Translations under genes and position numbers: made by a program
DNA from: Curvularia clavata
Taxonomy: Eukaryota
Length of the DNA: 64,000 nucleotides
Reading direction: 5' to 3'
Assembly: GCA_023920165.1 (NCBI GenBank)
Contig: CP089274.1
Coordinates: 4,402,001-4,466,000 of the forward strand
The notes under the pieces: model-generated
Told to the model about the DNA's origin: nothing
The model's input: the letters and a program-made list of their open reading frames with translations, nothing else
The model's database searches: none
Part shown: positions 25,226-37,743 of the stretch, piece by piece
Layout of the letters: each line of letters begins with the position of its first letter
Position numbering within the stretch: position 1 is the first letter of the stretch

Positions 25226-26528
25226 CTACAGAGGTCCATGAATGATCGTGGTCAGATTTCTCGTGCTCGAGTCACTCTTTTGGCTGGCATCGTCCCGTTC
25301 TCGGATACTGCTGCTCAGGTCGCGCTTGATAACAATGCTCTGCAAACTCATATGGTCTCCGTTGGCTTCCACATCGGCATTTTTGTTGGATTTAGCAGAG
25401 CGTGAACCATAACCCTGATTAGAGAGTGTTTTCGGCCCGTTCTGATTATTAGATCGCGAGTTGCTGGTATGCGCAGCCGTGGATCCCAACCGGTGGCGGA
25501 AATAGACACGAAGAGCCGGGACCGATGCACAGATGACACCAAGGTCAGCCTCAATAGCAGTCCAGGTCCAGCCATAATATCCGTACCACGTGACATCGTA
25601 GGTATCTTCTTGGGTCAGTATCTTCTGACAAATCTGACAAGATGACTTACAGTGGTATACAAAGACAAGGTAGTATGTCCTCATAATTCCACAGACAGTG
25701 GTAATAAGGCCCAACCCAAAAATCCCGCCCATAGCAAGTTTCTGGCGTTTAGGCATCTGAAGGTTCCGAATAAGAAACAAAGGAAGAAAGCTAATGATCA
25801 GGTCTTGAACAGTTGAGACAGCAGTTGCTGAAATGAGTACAATACCCTCATCCTGACAGTTGTTCTCCCTGTCAGCTGGAGAGCAAATAAAGAATACTGC
25901 TAAAAGGAAAGCAACAAAGGATGCGATACAAAACACCATACATGTCCATACAGCATAAACAAACTTATTCGTTAAGGAACCCGTCAATCGGCGATAGAGG
26001 AAGAGGATTGAAACCTTAACTAGAGTCGAGCCGACCATGTAGGATAACTCAATGGCCATGGTTATCTGAAGGGAAAGTTAGTTTGGCTGGAAATTCACGC
26101 GAAAGTCGTCTCTTACATTGCTATAATCGATCTTCGTCGCTGGCGTCTGGTCCCATACGTGCCGCTGAAACCCGTAGACTCGGATACCTGACAACTGTTA
26201 GCACACAGAAGAAAAGGAGAAAGAACCATTCTCTACCAAGTATAGTCGATATGGTTAATCCGATCACTGGTAATATCGCGACACTCATCAAGATATCATC
26301 AATGCCAGCATTCCTGACCATGACACGAGCCCGTATACGAGCGATGAAAACAAGAAGAGTCAACAGTAATAAGACCATCAAAATGATCGGAGCGCCCCAG
26401 CCTCTTTCCTCTGGATTGACCAAGTTGGGAGCAGGCCATGTCGCTACCACTTCAGGAGGTGGATTGGTGCCACCATCCCGAGCAAGCAGAACATCGGAAG
26501 TTGATGGAAAGAGTTGAGAATGGGCCAT
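25226..26528 (-). CDS. PTH11-like integral membrane protein (no CFEM domain)
   Basis: Exons about 26528-26237, 26187-26117, 26065-25651, 25605-25226. WP.PN.VNPE.RG, GIDD, LVKVSILFLYRR, QD...LP...LQMP.RQK, and W..IEA.LGVICASVPALR motifs. Confidence 0.85.
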
Positions 26529-27744
26529 GAGGTATTCTTCAGTCACAAGCTTGTGAGGTTGAAATCGATACAGAAGGTTCCTGTACGAGGGGCGACCGAC
26601 CTGAGACCGAGATGTCGAAGATCTACATGGGGTTTCAGGACGGAACAGAACTCGGTCGCCAAAGAGGCTGCGTACGCTGTATAAACGCTGCCCTTTGGCT
26701 GGGAGGTTCTCGGTCATCGGCTTTCAGCCTCATGGCGCCATTATCGTGATGCGCCGGATTTAAGCCACTTAAATCTTATCTCTTTACACTACTGTAGCGC
26801 CATTGGAACGCGGCTCCATGTACCGTGATTCAACGATGCCCAACCTCCTAGATGTGGTATCCCTGTACAAGGCGCTCGAGGGTAAGCCATAGATCAGGGG
26901 AGGGTTCGAACGAGTGCTAGGGTAGGTGTGCGGAACCATCAGCCCGGACAGGACCAAGTCGCGTGTCTAAAAGCCACGGAACTAGCACTGTAAACCTTAC
27001 CGAAGGAGGTGTCGCCGGAACCGATGTTCTACGTCTACACATATATCGTCATGCCCCTTGACACAGTATCTCGGCAATTTCTGCAAGCAATCGCTACGGC
27101 AGAGTCAGGTTTGACTATCCTTAGTTAGCATCATCGGTATGACGCGGCGCCCTGAGCCCATAGTAGGATGATGCCTGCCAGGATTACGCAGTAAACTCGC
27201 AATGCGAATGCGATACAGGGGAAATGCGCATTGTGTAACATTCTTGGAGACTTCCTGCAATTGGCCTTGGTCCAAGTCACATTTCTAAACTATTATGAGT
27301 AATACTCAGGCTTGAGGTATACTAAAGGGTGTTCACCCGATTGAAGCTCCGAGTCGTTGAGGTCTGAGCAACGCCGCTGGAGCAGTATATAGACGCAGAG
27401 ATGAGCGGAGAGCATATTTCAAGGCGTAGGATTACGCAAAAGAGACATTCGATTTAGAAGCGATTAACGTCCCGCATCAGGCCTGTGTTACTGTTATTTA
27501 GTATTCTCCTGTGACTCGTTTCGCATCTTCAGCTGTACCTCGGCATGTACGCTGTTGGCTAGATGTCCTACATAAAGTTTTAACGAACAAACGACTATTA
27601 GAATGGCCTAGCGTCTCTTACCATCGCAAGCTCAGAACAGAGCAAAATCGAATTGTCGAGGTATATGGACCGATGATGGACCACGGGTGGGGGGCACACA
27701 TCACACTAACTCCATTGGGGTTAGCAGTAGCAGAACCCCGGCCC

Positions 27745-27761
27745 GCTCATCAGAAAAAGTT
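27745..27761. promoter_or_regulatory. PAC-like (GCTCATC = GATGAGC reverse) plus RRPE-like (GAAAAAGTT) elements upstream of PUF6
   Basis: gctcatcagaaaaagtt lies about 70 bp upstream of a ribosome-biogenesis gene and matches the yeast Ribi motifs. Function is inferred. Confidence 0.5.
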
Positions 27762-27826
27762 GGGAGAGTCGCGACTTTTTGCGACCACAGACTGCAAACC
27801 CGCGACACCACATAACCATACCAACG

Positions 27827-30102
27827 ATGGCCGGAATCAAGCGCAAATCCGCGGGAAATAGTGCGCCCGAGGTCAAGGATAAGAACAAGAAAGTTAAAGT
27901 CGACAAGCCGGCGTCAAAGACCAAATCGAAGCACGAGGTCAAGCCAGTAAAGAAGGCGAAGAAGACTAAGGAGGAAAGCTCCAGCGAACTCGACGAGTCA
28001 GATACCAGCGAAAAGGACAATGGCTTTTACGGCTTCTCAGCCGCCGAGGGTGAAGACGTGGAGATGAGCGATGCGGAAAGCAGCGAAGAGGCTGTCAAGG
28101 CGAACGGCAAGACACAAAAGCACAAGAACGAGAGTGATGGCTCCAAGAAGCCCAAGAGCGATGGCGTAGAGTCTAAACTTGCGGGTCTCAATGGTAAGAC
28201 GCAGCGGCTCGTCTAATTGATGCTTCTAGCTAACCGTTTCCTAGTAAGCAACTCACGAGAAGCGCATGCGAAACAGAAAGCCCTCGCCAAGGAACGCAAG
28301 GCCGCAAAGCCCAATGCGGATATCATTGAGCGCTCGAAGAAACTCTGGGAGAAGCTCAGGCTCAAGTCTCATGTCGACAAGGACGAGAGGAAGGAACTTG
28401 TCAAGGAGCTTTTCGACATCATCACTGGCCGAGTCAAAGACTTTGTCTTCAAGCATGACTCCGTACGCGTTATCCAGACGGCGATCAAATACTCGACCAT
28501 GGAACAGAGGAGAATGATTGCTCGTGAACTCAAGGGAGAATTCAAGGTTCTGGCCGAGGGAAAATACTCCAAGTTTTTGATCGCCAAGTTGGTGGAGAAG
28601 GGGTGAGTCCATATAATGCGTCGCAGACGACGACTGTACTGACACTACTTTGCAGAGATCCTGAGATTCGCGATCTGATCATCAGCGAGTTCTACGGCCA
28701 CATTAAGCGCATGATCAACCACCCCGAAGCGGCGTGGATAGTAGACGACATATACCGAGCTGTCGCCACTCCAGAGCAGAAGAACCGCATGCTCCGAGAG
28801 TGGTACGGACCTGAGTTCTCTATCAAGGGCCTCGGGGCTCAAGGCACAGACAGCGCAGAGCTCTCAGTTATCATAAAAGAATCCCCAGAGAAGAGGAAGC
28901 CCATCATGGACTACTTGGAGAACCAGATTAACTCGCTCATCCAGAAGAAGCTGACTGGATTCACCATGTTGCATGATGCAATGCTACAGTACTTCCTCGT
29001 CTGCGAACCTGGTACCGAACAAGCAAACGACTTCCTCGAACACCTCAAGCCCGATCCGACATTGAAGGAGGGTGAAGAGGCCGACAACGTGGATTTGTTG
29101 AAGAACCTTGCATTCACAAAATCAGGCTCGCGCCTCATGTCGCTTTGCTTCGCGTACGGCACAGCAAAAGACCGCAAGCTATTCTTGCGACCATACAAGG
29201 ATACCGTTGAGATCATGGCCTATGACCAGCATGCTCACCACGTTCTCCTCGCCGCGCTGGCCGTTACAGACGACACAAAGTTGTCTGCGAAATCCGTCTT
29301 CAGCGAACTTCTTCCAAACAACGATAGTCTTCCTGAGAAGGTCCTCAACCTCGTCAACGATGCCCGCGCACGCACAGTCCTATTGTACCCATTCGCTGCC
29401 GATGCCAAGTGGCTGCTGGATGACAACACAAGAGAGCGTTTGGCCGAAATATACGCGATTCGCCAGACGACATCTAAGAAAGATCCAAACGTCCGTCTGC
29501 AAGAAATTGCGAAGAACATTGAACCGCAGCTGCTGACAGCAGTCACTGCCCGAGCAGCCGACTTTGCCTCATTCGCATTCGGCTTGCAATTCATGGGTGA
29601 GGTCCTCGTTGGAGCACCTGAGGTAGAGCCAGCCAAGCGTAAGGAGGCCCTGACAGAAGTTGCACGTCTCTCTCAGTCGATACTGGACTCTTCTCTCCCT
29701 GCTTCGGCTGGCGACAACAAGGCCACTAGTCATGGAAAGAACATGCTCAAGATGTTGGTGCAAGGCGGCAAGTTCGATACTGTCGCCAAGAAGGTCATTC
29801 CCGTTGAGCCTGCTCTTGGCTTTGCAGACCTGCTTTGGCCTCAGATCAAGGACAACATCGTCGACTGGGCCACTGGCCAAGGCTCGTTTGTTGTCGTTTC
29901 GATGACCGAAGCCGAAGGTTTCGCAAAGAAGGATGAGGTATTGAAAGCGCTGAAGAAGGAGAAGAAGGCACTGGAGGCTGCTGCCAACCCCCCGGGTAGC
30001 AAGAATGGCGAGCAGAAGAACAAGAAGCAGAAGAAGGGGGACAAGTCGGAGGCTGCCCCTAGGGGAAATGCGGGCGCAAGAATCTTGCTTGAAAAGTTGT
30101 AA
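27827..30102 (+). CDS. PUF6: Pumilio-repeat nucleolar protein Puf6 (CPL domain)
   Basis: Exons 27827-28193, 28245-28602, 28656-30102. Lys/acidic N-terminus, KKLWEKLR, FVFKHDSVRVIQTAIKY, EFYGH.K.MINHPEA, GTAKDRK, DDTKL. Confidence 0.93.
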
Positions 30103-31390
30103 AGTGTTCAATAAGTAGAGTATGTTGTCTAAGCACATGTCATGATACCCATTTGAGGCTCTTCTTGTGCATCTTTTGGGTCTGAGATTGAACGAGTTTT
30201 TTATATCATGTGTCATAATGCAAGTGTATGGTTCTCTCTTTCCGTACGAAGCGAAAAGCTCTGCAATCGCCAGTGGAACTCAGTGGTGTTTCTATAGAGG
30301 AGATTACGAAGAGGCGCGTCAAAAATATATTTTCCTTACTAGCATTCAATTAGAACACGTTCTATTTGACCTTACTAGATAGTGTTGTAAGAAGAATTCG
30401 TTGAAGAAAGTCCGGCTTATTAGACCTAGAGTGGCCTGATATCGGCGATTGGTGTTGTAGTGAAAGCAACGAGAGAATGTTAGTACGCAAGACGAAAAGC
30501 ATAGTCATTGAAAGCAGGATTGTCATCATTTGGCCCTACTAGAACAGTGTAGTGGAGATGAAAAGGATATCGGAGAAGCATTATACCTTCCTTTTTAGGC
30601 TGTTACTGGCTGTGAATATCACCTGATCTGTCGCGGGACACAATACGCACGGCCAAACGGCAATGACGGTCACATACCCCTAAACTCCATGCCGTATTGC
30701 AGCCTTGTTCTAGCTTACTGGTCTGTGCAACAGTGTCGGGGGTAGTATTCTTTGGCGAGGTTGCAGGCAGAAAGGTGAAGGCATTCATTGGTGCGTGGTA
30801 TCATCTTGGCATAATCTAGGCAACTACATACACGTACGACAAACCGTCCCTCAAACCCTGGCCATCGCATGGGTTGTTTTTACGCAGCGTGTTGATGTGC
30901 GCAGCGATGACAAGGCGCGACACTCCTGTGTAGATACTGAAATATATTGTTGCTTGTGAATCATATTACCAGAATGTAACCTAGACAAAGAAGGCAAAAG
31001 AAATTGCAAGTTTGACATATGGAGTGTGTTACAACCTATGATCTGCTTGTATATCCGCTGTAGCTGTGCGCAAAGCTTGGTCATGATTCATGATGCGCGG
31101 AAGGTCAGACTTTAAACTAACCCACTCGAGGCGTGGTCTGCACCTATTCAGCTAGACCTCGTATTAATTTCCAGACTCTTATTCTTGTGTTTGAGCTTGT
31201 CCAGATGGAGATGTCGCCGTTCTGTTTCAATAAACACAACATTGCTTGTTTCTACCTACTACACTTAAAACTACGTAAATGCACGGCAGGCCCTACGTAC
31301 GGAGTTGCGAGTTCTTGGACTCTACCAAATTATCAACCCACAGTCGTCGCCTAACTCGAGTCTCACAGCAGCCATTGGAAATTAGCGAAG

Positions 31391-32272
31391 ATGTCGGGCC
31401 TGGAACTCTCCGAAAATTACATTGTTAGAAACAAACACGCATCGACGGACTATCAGCTTGTTGTCACCGACAACGACGGCCTTAGTATGGACGATTACGG
31501 GAATAGCGACGAAAGTCTGTGGTACCTCACAGCTACTTCATATGACGGCTATTTTCGAATTCATACTCCTGAAGGCGGCGATGAAAAAGCTCTCGATGTA
31601 TCGAATGACAATGGAACTTCCAGTGAGGATGTGTATCTTGCTGCAACTGAGGAAACCTCTGGCCAGTTTTGGAGGCTAGATCAATGGGATGACGGCAGCT
31701 ACAAGTTAAGCAACAATTTTACAGGCCCAGATGTGTATCTTGGTATGTATTCAGATGGGATGGGCGTAGGCCTGAGCTCGGACGATGGTGAAGAACAGTA
31801 TTGGGTGTTCACAAATGCAAACGACAAAACCACAAGCACCGACGATTCTTCATCGTCTCGAGCAACAGCTACCTCTGTGCGACCTGCTGGCACACAGATC
31901 ATATCAACAACCGCCCCAGCATCGACTGCCTCCTTGCCAGCCGCCATCTCACCAGCCAGCACACATTCGCGCGGAAAGCCTTTATCTCCCGGTGCCATTA
32001 TTGGTACCGCCATTGGCGGCCTAACTACTCTCGTACTTTGCGCGTGCGCCCTCATCTATGCCCTCCGACGCAAGCGAATAAAGAGCGTTCGCGCACCAGC
32101 AGAGAAAGTTAGCGGCCTCTCAGACTACGTTTCTGCAACATCGGAAAAAGAGCTTGTTCATTCTCATGTTGCAGCCCAGGGGAAACAAGGAGAAGATGGC
32201 CAGGAGAGGAGAAATACACCTCCGGCAGAGGTAGCAGGCGACGGTACCCAGAGTCGTGCCGAGGTGTCATAG
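31391..32272 (+). CDS. Ricin-B (beta-trefoil) lectin-like domain plus Ser/Thr stalk plus single TM helix
   Basis: Three (Q)xW motifs (SLWYL, GQFWRL, EQYWVF), ALDV.ND, S/T-rich linker, and TM LSPGAIIGTAIGGLTTLVLCACALIYAL followed by RRKR. Confidence 0.75.
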   Translation: MSGLELSENYIVRNKHASTDYQLVVTDNDGLSMDDYGNSDESLWYLTATSYDGYFRIHTPEGGDEKALDVSNDNGTSSEDVYLAATEETSGQFWRLDQWDDGSYKLSNNFTGPDVYLGMYSDGMGVGLSSDDGEEQYWVFTNANDKTTSTDDSSSSRATATSVRPAGTQIISTTAPASTASLPAAISPASTHSRGKPLSPGAIIGTAIGGLTTLVLCACALIYALRRKRIKSVRAPAEKVSGLSDYVSATSEKELVHSHVAAQGKQGEDGQERRNTPPAEVAGDGTQSRAEVS

Positions 32273-32956
32273 CATGACTTCTACTCTCAAGTCATTTTCT
32301 GCAACTTGATATACGTGGAATAAGAAGGCAACAATAACATGAATCAAGCATTGGGCGATCCCATGCGTCTTAGGTACTTCAGCAATTGATGCACAAGCAT
32401 GCATCTATTCATTCGGCCCTGTTTATACTAATAGGGATCGATCATGAAACTTCAAACGGATACCTACACTTCAGAGTATCTGGTATTCTTCTAGACACTG
32501 CATACACATGGCTGTGGTGTTCGGATTAAGCAAACCGGGTGCTGTGAGTGATGAGTCGGGAACAGCACAATTTCCTAGGCGGCTTTAGGCAAAAGCACCA
32601 TGATTTCTCCATGTCGCAAAGTCGGCTTGCATAGTTTTGATTTGCTAAGTACACTATTCGGAAACATGGGGAGCCTTCGCGGTTATCCTAATCGGGTAAA
32701 GCCCGTCTAGCCATGTACAGACACGTTGAGGCGACAAGCATTGCTCGCCTCGTTCAAAGGATCCTTCGTTTATTCTTTTCCTGTTGACTGCAATCCTCAT
32801 TTCCTTTGTCCCTCACTTGTACATCGACGGCGGTTAGCATCTAGTCGTTGCATTAGCCAACACAACGAAACGACACTACGCTTGGCCTCGCTCACCCCAC
32901 ATACAGAAGTCCGCCGGCGTGAGCATCGCAATAAGCACAGCAAAAATCTCAACACC

Positions 32957-33661
32957 ATGTCCTCGGGCGTTGCCATCGATGAGTCATCCCTCCCATCTGT
33001 CTTTCAATCCCAATGGCAGTCCAATCCCGACCCAACGGCCCTTCCTTTTCCACGTGACAACCCACCATTCCCCCTTACAGCAATCGACTGGCAGCAGCTT
33101 TCCCTCACCGATGCAGAATATACACCGCACTCGTGGTCGAACCTGAAAGAGCTCATCTCCGCCAACCGGCTCGAAGAGCTCAAGCGCTGGCCTAGCTCGT
33201 TAAAAGCCTATCTGGCATGGACCGCGCACGCCAAAGCAAAGTACAACAGCATCATGGCGTACCTGCTTGACCAGCGACTTTTCTGGCAGCCGCTGGAAGA
33301 CGAGACAGGCGCTCTGCGATTCCCCGTCCGCAACCCGACGCCGTTTGCGGACCCAGAGGATTTCAAGATCCTCCGGAACGACTGGACGTATGGATTTGAG
33401 TCTGGCATCACGCACATTGTCGTGTGGCTGAAGCAGCGGCTCCCCGTCGACGAGAAGGGTGCTTTGAGCAATGAAGGGAGGGAGATGGTGGATGCGTTTA
33501 TAAAGAGGGAGTTTCGGCACAAGACAGGCGAGGAGAAGGAGGGTGATAAAGTGATTTGGTTCAAGAATACGACGAATTTGCAGAGTGTGAGGAGTTTGGA
33601 GCATGTGCATGTTTTGGTAAGGGATGTAGACGAGGAGGTTTTGAAGCAATGGATGGGGTGA
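32957..33661 (+). CDS. Gig1-family / DUF3605 protein (GlcNAc-induced protein 1-like)
   Basis: SW..LKELI..NRLE.LKRWPS.L..YLAW, KILRNDW.YG...I.HIVVW.K and WFKN...LQSVRSLEHVHV motifs. The ATG at 32957 was preferred over the upstream TTG. Confidence 0.85.
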   Translation: MSSGVAIDESSLPSVFQSQWQSNPDPTALPFPRDNPPFPLTAIDWQQLSLTDAEYTPHSWSNLKELISANRLEELKRWPSSLKAYLAWTAHAKAKYNSIMAYLLDQRLFWQPLEDETGALRFPVRNPTPFADPEDFKILRNDWTYGFESGITHIVVWLKQRLPVDEKGALSNEGREMVDAFIKREFRHKTGEEKEGDKVIWFKNTTNLQSVRSLEHVHVLVRDVDEEVLKQWMG

Positions 33662-35074
33662 GGATAGAAGGTGATAGATTAGACGGCAATGGTTAGAATA
33701 GAGGTCAACGTCTTTTGGTTCATAGATACTGCGTCTACGGGGACGTGAATATTGAATACGTGAAACTCGTATACGGTTGTCGTACATGGCTATCAATAAA
33801 ATTTGTACTGTTATGTACTTCTTTCAAAACATGTTACCAAAAAGATATATGTCCACCTCCTGTCCTTAGATATACAGAGCTTTTCGTCACAAACACAATC
33901 TGAGTAGGAGATACAGTATACTTGTACCTCGTGTTAGATACAGCTATATGAAACTTCTTAATCAATATTATTACGTGGTTCAGAATTATTCTGACTCCAT
34001 ATTGTCCAGACGATACAGAGACGCCTTAATACATACTAACTGGCCAGAACCTTACATTCCCAGCATGACTGGGGCCAAGAGAATACTGCAACTTGAATCT
34101 TGCAACCAGGCCCTGCCAATAACAGAATTATGGTGACGTTGGACATATAAGGCTATGCGTTGCGTAGCGCAACTGAGCGTGCGGATCTTTTCTTCTAGAC
34201 AAAGAGCTAGAAGGCTATTCGTACCTGTCTCACATGTGCTAGATGCCAAACCAAAGTAGCAAACGTAAGAATTCAGGAAAATCATAGCAAAGCACCGCGC
34301 GGGCATATAGCAAAAGCTTGATCGTATGCGCAAAATGGGTAGTTGGTAGAAAAGAAAGACAGCACAATACACAGACAATCCACCACCTACCCTCTGTCGC
34401 TATGCAGATATCGCCGCTGATGGATTCTGATCATCCGGCCATGTCATTAGCATTCCAGTCGCCCATTGCAGCCCTCGTAGACGTCACCGCCTTTCCATGT
34501 GGTGAAGGACAACGGACAAAAGACCCTGAGCCCAGAACACCAAGCTACACGCCAGGGTCAACACCAATGCCCGGACGAAACTTTATTTTTCTCTACAATG
34601 GCCATTTTGCGAATCACCATGAGATGCAAATCCGCTTTCGGTATTTCGGAGGGCGACGGAACACAGGTACAGATAGTCGGGAGGCAAAAACGTACATCGG
34701 TAAATGCGATCGTGCATAGATGGTGCCGATCGGTGGGGAATGTTCAGCGTCATGGATTTAAGAGGATAGCTTTGATTGTCGCAAATGCCCATGTGTGATG
34801 GGATCAACTAGAGCGCTTCTGAGCCGCAGACGTGGTATCCACAGGGGGCACTGGTGTGGTTCCGGGAGGGTCCTTTTGTGAACATCGATCATAGGGCTGG
34901 TGTGTCGAAAAGTCAATGATGCCGATGATGTCACCAGCAGTAATGTCGAACATAAACATTTTGATGCCAGAACAAATCTCTGAATTAAGATAACGGTGCC
35001 TTCGATTTCTCTTTTCTGTATTATTACTTTTTTTTCAAAAAGCCAAGCAATAGTTGACGGCAGAGCAAAGCGGC

Positions 35075-36964
35075 ATGGCGGACCTGATTCGCGACTCCGC
35101 ATTCGGCCACTGCATTCGCATCATCACAAAGCGGAAGTACCTTCAGTATCCTGAAGAAAAGGATCCCGAATACTGGAAGAAATATGTTAGCCATGAGAAG
35201 TCGGGATATGCGGCGTACCACGGATCGACGGAACCGCCTGAGAATGCGGGCGAAATAGACGAACTCGCGCACGCACATGGCGTTCGTAGTCGCGAAGCGG
35301 GAAACGAGTCGGACGGATCGGAGCGCACGCTGGGCGGTGGGGTAAATGAAGCCAGTGGTGTTCGTGTTGATCCCGAGAAGGGACGGGATTACCATGTTGT
35401 TGACTGGTATGGCCCTGATGACCCTCAGGTATGTCTGTCTACAAAGAAAAGCATGCGTGAAGTGATACTAACGACCTTTATTGTAGAACCCGCGCAACTG
35501 GTCCCGGGCAAAGAGATACTTTGTCACATTCGAAATTTGCTTCCTCACCTTCTCGGTATACATCGGATCTGCCATTTACACACCTGGTGTCATGGGCGTT
35601 ATGCAAGATTTCGGCGTTGCTCAGGTGCCTGCGCTGTTGGGATTGACGCTATATGTCGCAGGCTACGGTTTGGGCCCTATCATCTGGTCTCCTATGAGCG
35701 AGATTCCGCAGATTGGGCGCTTGTGGGTGTATATTGGAACACTGCGTAAGTCTCACCCCTCTGCCCGAGGGAAAGCCTGGCTAACACAACTGCTCTAGTT
35801 GTCTTTGTGTTGTTCCAGCTTCCCACAGTATTCTCAGTCAACTTTGGCATGCTTTTGGCTTTCCGTTTCTTGACTGGATTCTTCGGCTCGCCTGCTCTTG
35901 CGACGGGAGGTGCGTCCATTGCCGACATGTATCGGCCAAAAAAGCAAGTATATGGTCTTGCAGTCTGGGGAATTGGTGCAGTGTGCGGCCCAGTCCTAGG
36001 TCCTTTAGTTGGTGGGTTCGCTGTCATGTCAAAGGGATGGACATGGACAATATGGGAGTTGATGTGGCTGTCCGGCTTCTGCTGGGTTGTACTCTTCTTC
36101 TTCTTACCGGAAACCAGCTCTTCCAACATCTTGCACCGCCGAGCTCTGCGCTTAAGGAAGCTGACTGGCGATGATCGATTTACTACAGAGCCAGACTTGA
36201 TGGCAGCTCACATGACACCAAAGGACGTACGTATAGTCCAGCTGATGATGTTGTGTCAGTATAATGCTAACGAAGCCTAGGTTGTTCTCATGACTCTGGT
36301 TAAACCGATTACCCTCAATTTTACCGAACCTATCGTATTTCTGCTGAACCTGTATATTGCCCTCATCTACGGTCTACTCTATATCTGGTTCGAATCGTTC
36401 CCGATTGTGTTTGAAGGCATATACGGATTCAGCCTTGGTATCCAGGGAGTGGCATTCCTCGGCATCCTGGTCGGTACCTTTCTCGCGGCTGGCGTGCTTT
36501 TTGCATGGAACTACTATTACCTGGAAAAGCAGTTTGACGAGAACGGCAATATTCAACCAGAGAAGCGACTGATTCCAGCCATGGTTGGATGTTTCTTTGT
36601 GCCCATCTGCCTCTTCTGGTTTGGATGGAGTTCGAGGCCAGATGTCAACTACATGGTGCCCATTGTTGGCTCTGGCTGCTTTGGTATTGCGGCTTTCACG
36701 CTCTTCCAGGCTGTCTTACCATACTTGAGCGACGCGTATCCCGAGTCTGTGGCCAGTGTGCTGGCGGGCAACGATCTGATGAGATCGTCGTTTGGTGCGG
36801 GGTTCCCTTTGTTCGCGAATGCCATGTACAAGAGACTTGGCGTCGATTGGGCGAGCAGCTTACTGGCCTTTCTGGGCGTTGCTTTTATCCCGATCCCATT
36901 TGCATTATATAAGTGGGGCAAGCAGATTAGGCATAAGAGCAAGAACGCGAGGAAGGACCTTTAG
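35075..36964 (+). CDS. MFS drug:H+ antiporter (DHA1; Flr1/Caf5/Mdr1-like)
   Basis: Exons 35075-35428, 35487-35745, 35799-36226, 36281-36964. IRDS.FG, VDWYGPDDPQNP, WSPMSEIP.IGR, RFLTGFFGSP.LATGGAS, LPETS, PEKRL. Confidence 0.93.
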
Positions 36965-37743
36965 TAGGAGGGACGCTGGTGACAGAAAAAGAATGAAGTG
37001 CATCTCCCTGTGCCGGAACACCAGAACTACTTTCTATCACAGCCACCACTAAAAAAAATTCAATCTGTATATAATCTCGAAATAAAATCTTTCGAATTCA
37101 ATATTTATCTGCCATGAACTTGAATTTTTTGGGTTGGTTTTCTTGCTTGCTATATTATACCACAATCTACGTACAGCAGCATCATCTCAGCCTATCTTGG
37201 GCAAGATTACAGTATAGCAGATTTTTAAAAAAGCTTCCTAAGCCATCAACTAATCTTCAAGAAGTGTATGTCGAGCATACAGTCGTTTCCGACAAGCTTG
37301 ATGCATTGTGACAGCTGCATGCTGTCTCAGGAAGTAGGACCGTCAAGCAAAAGTGTACAGTATAGAGGTAGCCTAGTTACAATTTATCGCTAGTACCTTG
37401 CTATCACACCTGACTGGTTAAGAGTGTTTCTTGACAGTTTATGTGACGAGTAATGGCGCATGATATGCCAAGGAATCGAGCGACCGACCTGCTACTTACC
37501 ACTCCTACTAGTTAGAAGGAGCTAGCTGCTAAGACCGGAGGGCCTTTGGGAATTGATTCTCCCAGGTAGTTTGTTTGTAGGAGTGGTAGCTATTTAGACC
37601 TCGACTCCATCCTAATCTACATAGAGAGGTTTGTTTCAAATTAATGGCCATCCTATCGCACTTGATCCTTCTCGAAAGACCTTTTTTCTTCAATACATTA
37701 TTTCTTTGGTAAATAAATGTATAAATGTTGAAAATATCTCATC

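Noticed and set aside
26880..26925. GGTTCGAA T-loop-like sequence
   Set aside because: No cloverleaf stems or A box around it, so it was not called a tRNA.
32726..32956. N-terminal extension of the Gig1-like ORF from a TTG
   Set aside because: Composition looks like 5' UTR, and the ATG at 32957 has good context (caccATG).
11179..33661. Possible chitin/GlcNAc gene cluster (AA11, lectin, Gig1)
   Set aside because: AA11 is separated from the other two by about 19 kb of unrelated housekeeping genes, and there are no GlcNAc catabolic genes or transporter.
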